DNA of 61,999 bases, from positions 1 through 61,999 of IMG/VR virus record IMGVR_UViG_3300010413_000031. One strand, 5' to 3'. Positions 25,382 to 34,625 of the stretch are shown here, piece after piece. This DNA is from a virus. Lineage: Duplodnaviria > Caudoviricetes. Each line of letters opens with the position of its first letter. Position 1 is the stretch's first letter. The notes beneath the pieces are model-generated. The model worked only from the letters and a program-made list of their open reading frames with translations. It had not been told where the DNA came from and made no database searches. The position numbers and the translations under genes were made by a program.

Positions 25382-25613
25382 AAGCCCCAATTCCGTGAGG
25401 CAAGGGAACCACGGCCCCAACCGGGCCAAGTCATTCGTGAGGGGCCGGAACAAGAATAAGCGGGCCGGGCGCAAGTATCCTAAGTTATTCAATTACAAGA
25501 GGATACGGCCCCGGTCCAGACATCTGCGACCAGGTATGAGGGTGCAGTCGCCCGACGGCAAGAAGTATGTCGTGGGTGTGCATGGTCAGCTCGTCAGGGT
25601 ATCGAGCTGGTGA
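25359..25613 (+). CDS. Small basic hypothetical protein
   Basis: RBS; Arg/Lys-rich. Confidence 0.5.
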   Translation: MKAPVPNESPNSVRQGNHGPNRAKSFVRGRNKNKRAGRKYPKLFNYKRIRPRSRHLRPGMRVQSPDGKKYVVGVHGQLVRVSSW

Positions 25614-25638
25614 GGGGGGTTGCGGAGCGGGTTAAATT
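25613..25638 (+). promoter_or_regulatory. Short-spacer promoter element 3
   Basis: AGGGGGG TTGCGG agcgggt TAAATT. Confidence 0.7.
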
Positions 25639-25684
25639 CAAACTGGTCGCGCCGCTCGAACCCCAATACAAACAGGAGGACATC

Positions 25685-26080
25685 ATGAGTGAGGAGAGGA
25701 CGCATACAGGACGGGTGAACCGAACGTGGAAGGAGGTCGTGCGTAGTGAAGCGAAGCTCGCCCGTATCCTACAGTGGAACAACCAAGACCTCAACAGGCA
25801 CCAGACGCAGATCACCAATCTGCAACGGAGAGTGGCCATGCTTGAGGCACGCCTTGATTACATACAGAGCAAGGCGGAGACGGTGACGCTGACAGAGAAG
25901 GCTAAGACAGCCCTATCGCAGCCGGTCGTGTTCATCACTGAGCATACCACCAGGAACCGTGGCGAGTGGGCCAAGCAAGTGAAGGGCGTGCTCGCAAGTC
26001 TGCTGCATGCATGGGACGAAGGTGATATCTACGCGTTCCTGGATGAGAACAACGGTGCGCTCAAGGATCTCCTGACGTAG
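25685..26080 (+). CDS. Hypothetical coiled-coil protein
   Basis: AGGAGG RBS after element 3. Confidence 0.6.
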   Translation: MSEERTHTGRVNRTWKEVVRSEAKLARILQWNNQDLNRHQTQITNLQRRVAMLEARLDYIQSKAETVTLTEKAKTALSQPVVFITEHTTRNRGEWAKQVKGVLASLLHAWDEGDIYAFLDENNGALKDLLT

Positions 26081-26090
26081 GTGTGAGCTG

Positions 26091-26116
26091 AGGGGGGTTG
26101 ACGAGCGGCGCAAATT
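26091..26116 (+). promoter_or_regulatory. Short-spacer promoter element 4
   Basis: AGGGGGG TTGACG agcggcg CAAATT. Confidence 0.75.
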
Positions 26117-26173
26117 GGAGTTGCGCCGGAAGCGGCACGCCACTCACCCATACCGAAGGGAGAGTAACATGTA

Positions 26174-26395
26174 ATGTCAGAGCTAGCTATACGGATCGCC
26201 ATACTCGCGTTCTTGCTGGCGATCTCGGGATTGTTGTTGTTGTTCACACACGTATTTGGCCCGCACCATCGGTCAGCCTCTGATGCATACTCCGAGCGCG
26301 GCTCGGCCAAGGCCTCTCATGCGTCTAACACCGAGCAGCCGGGCCACCAATCTTCTCCGCATGGGGCGGAGAGGGATGCATCCCAAAACCCATAA
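26174..26395 (+). CDS. Possible small membrane protein overlapping a structured RNA
   Basis: Hydrophobic N-terminus; preceded by ATG-TAA. Confidence 0.3.
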   Translation: MSELAIRIAILAFLLAISGLLLLFTHVFGPHHRSASDAYSERGSAKASHASNTEQPGHQSSPHGAERDASQNP

Positions 26396-26410
26396 GAGGG
26401 AGAGCACATC

Positions 26411-26944
26411 ATGAACGGACTCGACGCTTTCAAACAGAACGGCGGCAGCGCGCTGGCAGCCACTGACTTGATCAAGGTGTCGATCACCGGATCGCGCGGC
26501 GGCAAGGGCGCCGAGAAGATCAGCACCTACTTCGGTCCTGATGGGATCGAGCTAGATGCCGACTTCAATCCCAAGCCGCATGCCATGCCTCTCGATCTGA
26601 GTGGCGTGGCTGGTGCTGGCGGAGAAGCCAAGCAGCCCCCGGCCTTCCCTGAGGCGGAGTACAAGGCCGCCCTCAAGGAGAGCTTGGACAAGGCGCAGGC
26701 GATCCTCAGCGCCCACCAGCAGTCCTTGACGCAGTTCAAGGGTGGTGGCAACACCACTATCGAAGACGGCATCATCGATGCCTGTCTGCGGTACTGCTAC
26801 GACTACCTCAACTTCTCTGAGATCGACGACGCCACGAAGTTCGTCATCACTCGTAAGGACGTGGTCCTTGCGAAGGACTGGCGGAAGGTCAACGGCATCA
26901 ACCGGACCGTGTATGAGGTCAGGCTGGCCAGCCGGTTCGGTTAG
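26411..26944 (+). CDS. Candidate ubiquitin-like (beta-grasp) protein
   Basis: Ends ...VYEVRLASRFG-stop; residue pattern parallels ubiquitin; upstream of the ThiF gene. Confidence 0.4.
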   Translation: MNGLDAFKQNGGSALAATDLIKVSITGSRGGKGAEKISTYFGPDGIELDADFNPKPHAMPLDLSGVAGAGGEAKQPPAFPEAEYKAALKESLDKAQAILSAHQQSLTQFKGGGNTTIEDGIIDACLRYCYDYLNFSEIDDATKFVITRKDVVLAKDWRKVNGINRTVYEVRLASRFG

Positions 26945-27040
26945 TCGTAGCACAGGAGAAGGGTCAGCCTATGGCTTAGCGGTCAGAACAGGCCGATAGA
27001 TCGGATGTGAATCCGCTATGCTACGCATGTAACACCCGCT

Positions 27041-27074
27041 GGGGGCAGGCCCATGTCTGCCCCCTCTCTTTTTC
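27041..27074 (+). terminator. Intrinsic terminator
   Basis: GGGGGCAGGC-CCAT-GTCTGCCCCC-TCTCTTTTT. Confidence 0.8.
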
Positions 27075-27093
27075 ATACGCGCAGGAGGCAACA

Positions 27094-28737
27094 ATGAAGG
27101 TAGCTCAAGAGCCTAAGACGAAGGACGAACAGCAGGCGAAGAACCTGAGACTGAGCAGCTATATCTGCCCCATCTGCCAGAGCTACATGGCTAGGCAGCA
27201 CTACACGAAGCAGGGCACTCGCTATGAGATCGAGTACAATATGTGTGGCTGCCCGCCTGTCTATGGTCTGGTCTGGCGCAACGACAGTCAGCGACAGGGC
27301 AGGTACTACCACAACCGATGGCTGTGGATGCCTAACGGCAAGTCGCAGCTATACCATGGCCAGAGGTCGCCGGGTCGATGGATCAACGTGCATACCGATG
27401 AGCCCGTAGCCAAGCCAGACTGGATGCGATGGCTCAAGGTGCCCATCATCATTGACCGCTCGTCGGGGCGGGAGTTCAAGGCATTGGTGGAGATCGAAGG
27501 TGAACAGCGGCTTGTCGATTGCATCGGCACGAACAGGCCGGGGCTGTACCATGCCTTGTGTGTGAATCCGCCTGTAGACTACTGGGAAGGGCTGCCAGGT
27601 TTAAGTGCGAAGAGACTGGCCATGTATAAGGAAAAGCTGAGGGTTGTGAATAAGCATCTGGTGATCGTGCCCAAGGCACATCGCAAGAGGTATGCTCGCA
27701 CCCCTCATGCCAAGGGGGTCACCCTAACCACGATCCATACCAAGGATCAGGGTCGGGGCAAGTATGAGGAGTTCATCCCCCGCTGGTCAGTCAGGGAGTT
27801 CGGCATAGAGAAGTGGCAGTTCGTCTCCAAGGATGTGATAGAGGACGACGGCAAGAAGCGAGAGACGATCCTCAGATACAAGAAGCCGCACGAGAGCGAT
27901 GCCCTGATTGGTCAGCAGTCAGGCGCAAATGCATGGTGTCATACTCCAATACACCCCTGTGAGTGGGAGACTGACCCACGCCAAGGGTACAAGGCCGTCC
28001 GAGCACACCTTGATGACTACGGCTTCGAGCACTTGCACATAGATTGGATACAGCGCAGGTTCCTGTTCTACACGTCTGACGGGAACCGCAAGACTCAGGT
28101 AGGACAGATCAAGCACCCCGACCCTATGTGGGGCAGCGCCAAGAGAATCCTGTTGTGGGCCGACGAGTGCTGGGCCATGCAGCTCAGTGCTCAGGCAGAT
28201 AATGGGGTGTGGCGCATGGTCACGCCAGGTATGCTGTTCGTGGCTGATGACATGACATTCATCGCCACCTACCAGTGCCTGCGAATAGGTCAGAGCCTGA
28301 CTGAGTATCGAGCGGGCATCAATCTCTATGCCCCTCACGCGGCACCCATGTCATTGGCTGATTTCATCACTGGTCCGCTATCTGATTACTGGGACAGCAA
28401 GGGCAACATCAAGTTGATCCGGCCCCAGATTCAGATGGTCAGGGCCAAGGAAGTGGCTACGACTGGCGACCTACAGAAGGCGCTGCTGGATAAGATACAG
28501 AAGAAGTATGAGGGCTTCCTGCTCATACAGGGCTGGGTCATATCCTATGTCACCTGCCCTCTCTGCGGTTACCATTTGCACCACTTGGTCTATGACAAGG
28601 AGAAGCAGGCCATCAAGGAGTGCAGCAACTGTGGCAAGGCAGGTATCGAGCTGAGTATGGAGGCAACCACCCACTTCATTACATCAGAGGGGCCACTCAA
28701 CAAGGTGCTGTCCAAGAAAGGAGCCAAGATAGCATGA
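27094..28737 (+). CDS. Hypothetical 547 aa protein with terminal Zn ribbons
   Basis: CPIC...CGC at the N-terminus, CPLC...CSNC at the C-terminus; AGGAGG RBS. Confidence 0.65.
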   Translation: MKVAQEPKTKDEQQAKNLRLSSYICPICQSYMARQHYTKQGTRYEIEYNMCGCPPVYGLVWRNDSQRQGRYYHNRWLWMPNGKSQLYHGQRSPGRWINVHTDEPVAKPDWMRWLKVPIIIDRSSGREFKALVEIEGEQRLVDCIGTNRPGLYHALCVNPPVDYWEGLPGLSAKRLAMYKEKLRVVNKHLVIVPKAHRKRYARTPHAKGVTLTTIHTKDQGRGKYEEFIPRWSVREFGIEKWQFVSKDVIEDDGKKRETILRYKKPHESDALIGQQSGANAWCHTPIHPCEWETDPRQGYKAVRAHLDDYGFEHLHIDWIQRRFLFYTSDGNRKTQVGQIKHPDPMWGSAKRILLWADECWAMQLSAQADNGVWRMVTPGMLFVADDMTFIATYQCLRIGQSLTEYRAGINLYAPHAAPMSLADFITGPLSDYWDSKGNIKLIRPQIQMVRAKEVATTGDLQKALLDKIQKKYEGFLLIQGWVISYVTCPLCGYHLHHLVYDKEKQAIKECSNCGKAGIELSMEATTHFITSEGPLNKVLSKKGAKIA

Positions 28738-29495
28738 AGATCGCACTCATAGGCTGCGGGTTCCTTGGCTCGATCTGGCTCGAAGAGGTAGCCAAACGCC
28801 TGTTTGCTCTGGAGCGGGAGAATGTACACCTGCTGCTGATAGACAAGGATACCTTCGAGCGTAGGAACGCAGCCAATCAGAATTTCCGGCCACTCGTCCT
28901 GCATGTCTCAGGGAAGATGGAACAGCATACCCCGGCCAAGGCAGAGTACCTGAGCCGCATGGCATGGGACTATGGTATCTCTGCTGAGTGGCAGAAAGCA
29001 GACATCATAGACGATCCAGGCCTACTGTTAGGGGCGCAGCTGATCGTCGATGCTCTCGACAACTTGCCAGCCAGACATGCTGTGTGGAAGCAGGGCATGG
29101 CTCAAGGAACACCGATCCTGCACATGGGTATCAATGAGCATGGGACAGGAGAGGTCGAGTGGACTTGGGCCACGGTACAAGGCTGGCACCTGTCTCCCAT
29201 CAAGCTGGGAGCGCAGTCCATAGATAAACTGGAAGAGCAGCCCAAGCATCCACCCTGCCACTTGGTTCAGATGCGTGGGCTGGGGCTGAACCTTGGGCTG
29301 GCAGCCGCCAAGGCAACCACCCTATTCATTGGGGAGGACATAGAGGAGACGTTCGATGAGGGTCCCCAGCTACCTGGATACGGCCTGCTTACCTATTGGC
29401 TTGCTGATAGGCAGAGTCATTCACTCGACACGGAGAGGATTCATGTCAAAAAAGAAGGGCAAGAACTCCCAGAAGCAGAAGGAGCCGCAGCGTAA
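28734..29495 (+). CDS. ThiF/E1-like adenylyltransferase
   Basis: IALIGCGFLGS, DKDTFERRNAANQ, AKAEYL, IVDALDN; candidate catalytic Cys in HPPCH. Confidence 0.9.
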   Translation: MKIALIGCGFLGSIWLEEVAKRLFALERENVHLLLIDKDTFERRNAANQNFRPLVLHVSGKMEQHTPAKAEYLSRMAWDYGISAEWQKADIIDDPGLLLGAQLIVDALDNLPARHAVWKQGMAQGTPILHMGINEHGTGEVEWTWATVQGWHLSPIKLGAQSIDKLEEQPKHPPCHLVQMRGLGLNLGLAAAKATTLFIGEDIEETFDEGPQLPGYGLLTYWLADRQSHSLDTERIHVKKEGQELPEAEGAAA

Positions 29496-30795
29496 GGGAG
29501 AGTACAGCCCCGGCACCATACTCGTGCCGTATGGTAAGGAAGTGTTCGGCACTACGCCAGCACATCAGGTCGAGCCGGGTGACTATGAACGCGATGTACA
29601 CGGCGAGATCACCCGCATCTTTGACTGCCGCAGCAGGAGCGGCGTCATCGAGTGGCATGATGTGGTGTTCGACGACGAGAGCGGCGAGTACCTACTGCTG
29701 GATGAAGTGATCGCCAGGTATGAGGAAGAGGAGGATGAAGAGGCGATCAGCAAAGCAGAGGCAGAGCAGCTCGGTCTGCCATGGGCGCCGCCCAAGAAGA
29801 AAGGGGGTACAGTTACCAGACACACGGAGTACCAGCCTAAGGGGGTCCAGTACACAAACAGCAAGGGCAAGAGCAAGTACACGTATCAGCCGACGGACTC
29901 CAAGGGTATCAGGCTGGTGGTCAAGGAGACCAATGAGGTCTACGAGACTAAGCAGTACTGGGTCTGCAAGGACTTCAGGGATAGCGGGATGCCATACACT
30001 ACGGATGACAGTGGTGTGGCTGTGTTCGTGGTGGGCATCAATCAGCTGCGGTTCAAGAAGCTAACACCTACCGTTCAGATGTGTGGGTACGACGCGACTG
30101 CCAAGTATGTCGAGCACATCTGCGGCAAGAAGCTGGACTTCAACGATCAGGACTTCTACCGCAGCCACCCGTGGACTGACCAGCATGGTATTGGACTGGC
30201 TGCCATGCCCACCGTGATCCATCAGTTGGTCGAGCCATACAAGCTGGGTGTCTCACGCATCAGGTTCCCCAAGGGAATCTACCTCAAGTTTGAGGACAGA
30301 GATGCGTGGGTGGCGTCCTTGGGTGAGAACCCCATGCAGGGGGACAACTACGAATTCGCTGAGGCTATGGAGCAGGACCTCAACGAAGTACAGGAACTGT
30401 TCCGCATAGATTATGGAGAGCTTCCCTTTGCCCCATCTGTCTGTGCGTATGACACTAGCATCATGTCAGGGGGTGGTCACGTAAGTTATATCGGGCCAAG
30501 AGGTTCCAGCTACAAGAGCTGGCAAATCTCTGTGTGCATAGCCCCCCTCAATTCCTTCAAGTACAAGGTGCCGTTGGTGTTGACGCCTATCGACAAGGCA
30601 AAGGACGATATGTTGGCACTCGACTGGGATGAGGTGAGAGATGAGCAAGGGAAGCGGGTCAGCAAGGTCTGGAAAGGGTCCACCGGATACACCGGAGCGC
30701 CGTATGGCAGTGGCCGTGGCACTGGTGGTGCTGGTGCTAGGCAGTCTGGCTATAGTCGTCCCGACCCATACGAACACGCTTGGTTGGGTGACTAG
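29443..30795 (+). CDS. Hypothetical 450 aa protein with Gly-rich tail
   Basis: GGAGAGG RBS, overlaps ThiF. Confidence 0.65.
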   Translation: MSKKKGKNSQKQKEPQRKGEYSPGTILVPYGKEVFGTTPAHQVEPGDYERDVHGEITRIFDCRSRSGVIEWHDVVFDDESGEYLLLDEVIARYEEEEDEEAISKAEAEQLGLPWAPPKKKGGTVTRHTEYQPKGVQYTNSKGKSKYTYQPTDSKGIRLVVKETNEVYETKQYWVCKDFRDSGMPYTTDDSGVAVFVVGINQLRFKKLTPTVQMCGYDATAKYVEHICGKKLDFNDQDFYRSHPWTDQHGIGLAAMPTVIHQLVEPYKLGVSRIRFPKGIYLKFEDRDAWVASLGENPMQGDNYEFAEAMEQDLNEVQELFRIDYGELPFAPSVCAYDTSIMSGGGHVSYIGPRGSSYKSWQISVCIAPLNSFKYKVPLVLTPIDKAKDDMLALDWDEVRDEQGKRVSKVWKGSTGYTGAPYGSGRGTGGAGARQSGYSRPDPYEHAWLGD

Positions 30796-31009
30796 GCAAG
30801 CAGCGGGCCTTGCCATCCTATCGTTCTTGCTTGCATTATCATTCGTGGCGGCCATGTCAAGGGGTCGTAGACGCTAGGGGAGCTGCACTAGGAGAGGCAT
30901 AGAACCATGGGTGGGAGGTCATAGCCCCTCTTCTGTGCGGCAAGGCTCGGCTTTCAGGCTGTGGCTGAGCCCACCCTTGCATAACCAATTCAGCTAAGGA
31001 GAGAGCACC

Positions 31010-31372
31010 ATGTCTTCACAGTGGAACAAGTACACCGCCATCCAGGGTAAGAGCCCGTCCCAGATTCTGGAGCAGGTTCAGGGTCTGGCGGAGCAGGCGG
31101 AGTCACTCCTGCATGCACTGGCTGACGAGCCGGTCATGCGGATCGGACGCCCTGAGTGGCGTGCCGTCCTTGCCATCCGCGATCTGGGTGAGGCGATCAT
31201 CACGGCCTACATGAAAGGCATCTGGCCTGCCATGGGTCTGGATGAGGACGATCTCGAAGCCATCTCTATCCTCAACAGGGCGTTCGGAGAGATGGGCGTG
31301 CCTTGCAAGGCTCCGAGCTACAGTGAGGCGTGCAAGTGGGTGGATGGCCTGCTCGATGAGCTGTGTAACTAG
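31010..31372 (+). CDS. Hypothetical protein
   Basis: AAGGAG RBS. Confidence 0.6.
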   Translation: MSSQWNKYTAIQGKSPSQILEQVQGLAEQAESLLHALADEPVMRIGRPEWRAVLAIRDLGEAIITAYMKGIWPAMGLDEDDLEAISILNRAFGEMGVPCKAPSYSEACKWVDGLLDELCN

Positions 31373-31377
31373 CGGCT

Positions 31378-31403
31378 AGGGGGGTTGACACCCGGCTCAA
31401 ATT
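31378..31403 (+). promoter_or_regulatory. Short-spacer promoter element 5
   Basis: AGGGGGG TTGACA cccggct CAAATT. Confidence 0.75.
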
Positions 31404-31457
31404 GGGGACGGAGCAGTTGGCCGTCCCCTTTCACATCCTAACCGGAAGGAGCACCGT

Positions 31458-31772
31458 ATGTATTACCTATTGGTGGGGATAGCTGGTGCCTTCATTGGTG
31501 CGCTGGTTGTCTCATGGAACACGGGGAGCATGGTGAAGGACATCCTGCAAATGAGTATCAACGTCACCAAGCAGTACGAGACGTTGGTGACTGAGATGCT
31601 TAAGGCATGGAGACACACTCTCACCATGCTTGAAGGGCTTGGCCAAGAGATGGAAGAGCAGGCCGAGCAGATCGAGATGGCTGTGGCTGATCTATGGGAG
31701 GCGATACCCCAAGAGATTGAGGACGACGGACCCATCGGCATGGACGACACTCCGGTAGTGCGGGGAGCGTAA
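31458..31772 (+). CDS. Membrane-anchored hypothetical protein
   Basis: AAGGAG RBS, N-terminal TM. Confidence 0.55.
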   Translation: MYYLLVGIAGAFIGALVVSWNTGSMVKDILQMSINVTKQYETLVTEMLKAWRHTLTMLEGLGQEMEEQAEQIEMAVADLWEAIPQEIEDDGPIGMDDTPVVRGA

Positions 31773-31775
31773 GCT

Positions 31776-32006
31776 ATGAAGTGGCATAGACTTACGAGAG
31801 AGACAGGTCTGATAGAGTGGGTCTGTGAGCACGGAATCGGGCACCCGGACGCAGACAGCTGCGTTCATGTAGCCCGAGTCATGGCAGAACGCTATCCTGA
31901 CGGGGGACATACAGCAGACGTTTGGTCGGTGCATGGATGCGACGGATGCTGCTGTCGAGATGACTTCCCCGGCTACTTCAAAGGGAATGGCGTCGAGCCT
32001 GAATAG
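31776..32006 (+). CDS. Small Cys/His metal-binding protein
   Basis: CEHGIGHPD...HGCDGCC. Confidence 0.6.
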   Translation: MKWHRLTRETGLIEWVCEHGIGHPDADSCVHVARVMAERYPDGGHTADVWSVHGCDGCCCRDDFPGYFKGNGVEPE

Positions 32007-32016
32007 GAGGTGGACG

Positions 32017-32562
32017 TTGCGAGTAATATTCATAGCCGACCTGCACCTTGGACACAGGACGGTGATGCGCCACACAAGGAAAGTCAAGGGAGCCTATAGA
32101 GGGCAGGTTACAGACTTCATGGTTGACCCCGAAGATCCCAATGAAGTGAAGAGGCACGATGCATGGGTGATAGAGCAGTTGCATAGCATCAAGCCAGACA
32201 AGAGGACGCTGTGGTGGATGTTGGGGGACGTAGCCTTCACTCTTGAGGGATTGCACATGATCCGTAGCCTGCCCGGCAGAAAGAAGCTGGTGCTGGGCAA
32301 CCATGACAAGTTCCATTGGTCGGCGTATACCAAGGTGTTCGAGTCCTTGCACGGCACCGTCAAGCAATACGGTCTGTGGATCAGTCATGTGCCGGTGCAT
32401 GAGACAGAGCTGTACCGGGCACCCAACATTCACGGACATGCCCATCACAATCAACTGCGGGACGACCCACGATACCTGAACGTGTGCATTGAGTGGGTTA
32501 AGCGTCCCCTCTCACTGGAAGAGGTTAGGGAATACTTCAAGCAGGAGGCAGGACATGGGTAA
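32017..32562 (+). CDS. Calcineurin-like metallophosphoesterase
   Basis: ADLHLGH, LGDV, LGNHD, SHVP, NIHGHAH. Confidence 0.9.
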   Translation: MRVIFIADLHLGHRTVMRHTRKVKGAYRGQVTDFMVDPEDPNEVKRHDAWVIEQLHSIKPDKRTLWWMLGDVAFTLEGLHMIRSLPGRKKLVLGNHDKFHWSAYTKVFESLHGTVKQYGLWISHVPVHETELYRAPNIHGHAHHNQLRDDPRYLNVCIEWVKRPLSLEEVREYFKQEAGHG

Positions 32563-33004
32563 TCTAGGCATGGGGTACATGATAGAGATGTTGGGTGGCT
32601 ACAGGGATGCGCTCAAGGCATGGGAGAATGTGCATGGCAAGGAGATCACACGCCTGAGCATGAACCCTGACGCTAATGATGGAGACGGCGCCCTGTACAT
32701 AGAGGTTGAGGGTGGCGTAGCCATTGAAGTGATGGACAAGGCGCGGAGCTGCTGTGAGTCCAGGTATTTGGAGTGTGATGATGATCTGGGCGACTTCATC
32801 GGTGGCGACCTGCTCGACATAGAAGTGAGTGAGCGCCCCTCAACAGAGGATGAGGACGGACATGGCGTGGTCGAGTGTGCGTTCATGGTCGTACGCACAT
32901 CCATCGGTGCGTTCACTGTGTCCTCATACAACAGGCACAATGGGTACTACGGGGGGATATTCATAACCGTTCGGTCTGTCGAACCATACAAGGAGGACAA
33001 TTAG
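32555..33004 (+). CDS. Phage acidic hypothetical protein
   Basis: SCCESRYL...HNGYYGG pattern. Confidence 0.6.
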   Translation: MGNLGMGYMIEMLGGYRDALKAWENVHGKEITRLSMNPDANDGDGALYIEVEGGVAIEVMDKARSCCESRYLECDDDLGDFIGGDLLDIEVSERPSTEDEDGHGVVECAFMVVRTSIGAFTVSSYNRHNGYYGGIFITVRSVEPYKEDN

Positions 33005-33005
33005 C

Positions 33006-33365
33006 ATGGACATCTTGGAGGATGGAAAGACCGTGCAACAGTGTCGTGTCCATCAGCTCACCTTCGCTTGGTGGTGGTTGATAACCCTCAGGTGGAGCAA
33101 GAGTGGCTGGCGTGACTGGTGGTGCTTCAACCTCAGTCCACAGCTTGGGCTCAGCCTGACATTGGACAGGACAGGGATGAACGGAGATCGGCTTCAGGAC
33201 GGGGTGCAGAACATCGAGATCACTCTCAGTCTTGTGTTCGTGACCCTGTCCCTTGACTACTGCTATTATCCGCCCGCTCTCAGGGACAAGCAGATGCGGA
33301 TGTGGCAGGAGATGGGCTACACCGTCGTTGACAAGAAAGGGAGGCCGGTTGATGAGCAGGCGTAG
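33006..33365 (+). CDS. Hypothetical protein
   Basis: AGGAGG RBS. Confidence 0.5.
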   Translation: MDILEDGKTVQQCRVHQLTFAWWWLITLRWSKSGWRDWWCFNLSPQLGLSLTLDRTGMNGDRLQDGVQNIEITLSLVFVTLSLDYCYYPPALRDKQMRMWQEMGYTVVDKKGRPVDEQA

Positions 33366-33675
33366 CGTCATATGGCGCAAGAAGTTAGGGCATCGAGAGG
33401 AAGAGCCGGGCAGGAGTGTGAAGCACCATCGCAAGGGGAGTCAGTGTGGTGGTGATCTCGGCAAGCTGGAACAATGCATGCCCAGCAGGGTAGTCAAGTC
33501 AGACGGCAAGACTAGCTTCAAGCACTACACCTATGATCCTCAGACGGGGGAGATCACAGGTGTGACGCTGCACCGTGGACGTGAGAGCAGGGGCGTGGTT
33601 GGCACACGCCCCATGTCTGAGGGCAAGCGTCAGCGTGTGCTGTCCAAGCTGGGCAAGAAAGGTTGGCAAGCATGA
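33352..33675 (+). CDS. Basic hypothetical protein
   Basis: GGAGG RBS. Confidence 0.5.
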   Translation: MSRRSVIWRKKLGHREEEPGRSVKHHRKGSQCGGDLGKLEQCMPSRVVKSDGKTSFKHYTYDPQTGEITGVTLHRGRESRGVVGTRPMSEGKRQRVLSKLGKKGWQA

Positions 33676-33902
33676 ACGACGAGAAGCGGTATTATCACAG
33701 CATGATCGTGACGCAGATTGACAAGCCGCCGTCCAATTACACGAAGGTCAGGAACGTGAAGATCATAGATGGGCGCCTCTTCTTCGTGGTGGACGAGAAC
33801 AAGCGGTGCCCAACCTGCGGTCAGCTCCGTGAGCGGGAGCAGGAGCTGTCCTTCGCCCGCGACTGGATAAGTATCTTGCTAACCAACGCAGGGGGAGAAT
33901 AG
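33672..33902 (+). CDS. Hypothetical protein with CPTC motif
   Basis: ATGA coupling. Confidence 0.5.
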   Translation: MNDEKRYYHSMIVTQIDKPPSNYTKVRNVKIIDGRLFFVVDENKRCPTCGQLREREQELSFARDWISILLTNAGGE

Positions 33903-33903
33903 T

Positions 33904-34071
33904 ATGACTGAGTATGAGCATGTGTGCAGCAACTGCCTGCATACCGTCTATAACATGGACCCCCGCAAGCCCGGCACATGCTCTAAGTGCGGTAGCATGG
34001 ATGTTCGTCACTTTCCGGCAGGTAAGTGCCCCGTGCCGCCGGAAACCAGTACCTCAGGGGAGAGTGTATGA
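33904..34071 (+). CDS. Small Zn-ribbon protein (55 aa)
   Basis: CSNC...CSKC; GGAG RBS. Confidence 0.5.
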   Translation: MTEYEHVCSNCLHTVYNMDPRKPGTCSKCGSMDVRHFPAGKCPVPPETSTSGESV

Positions 34072-34121
34072 TTTCTGATGGACCCACGATTCGTCAAGCC
34101 TCACAACCCGGAGAGAATCAC

Positions 34122-34625
34122 ATGTGTAGACTAGTTGGTGTACTCGTTGCGGTAGTACTACTCGCCGCATGCTCGGAGACCCCCACTCAACAGCAGGAAG
34201 GGTTGTCTCTGATCGCTCCTTCCTTTGATTACATCACCTGTGATGGATCAGTTTTCACACAAGCAGAGTGCGACAAGATCGCCGACGCGATTTCCGACCT
34301 CTACGGCTCAGGAGAAGGCGACTGCATCTGGGCTGGAGCTACTGGGTACAACAGGTCGTGGTCGGAGACGAGCTACTTCTCGGAAGGAGGAGATGAAGGA
34401 GCTACGGGCAACTTCTCCTGCTGGGAGTCCGAAGAAGGTTGCATGTACGACCCAGAGGAATATCTAGGTCCTGGAGTCAGCTACATCAGTAGGGACTGGC
34501 ACTTGTGTGGGACTCCTCAATGTCAGAAAGATTTGCGGGGAGCAATCGCGCACAATGAGTGGGGACTCGCAGGAATGGACCTCGAATTTCAGCAGGAAGT
34601 GTTCGAGCTCTGCCGCGAAATCTGA
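34122..34625 (+). CDS. Cys-rich lipoprotein
   Basis: Signal peptide and lipobox LLAA-C (CSETPT). Confidence 0.7.
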   Translation: MCRLVGVLVAVVLLAACSETPTQQQEGLSLIAPSFDYITCDGSVFTQAECDKIADAISDLYGSGEGDCIWAGATGYNRSWSETSYFSEGGDEGATGNFSCWESEEGCMYDPEEYLGPGVSYISRDWHLCGTPQCQKDLRGAIAHNEWGLAGMDLEFQQEVFELCREI

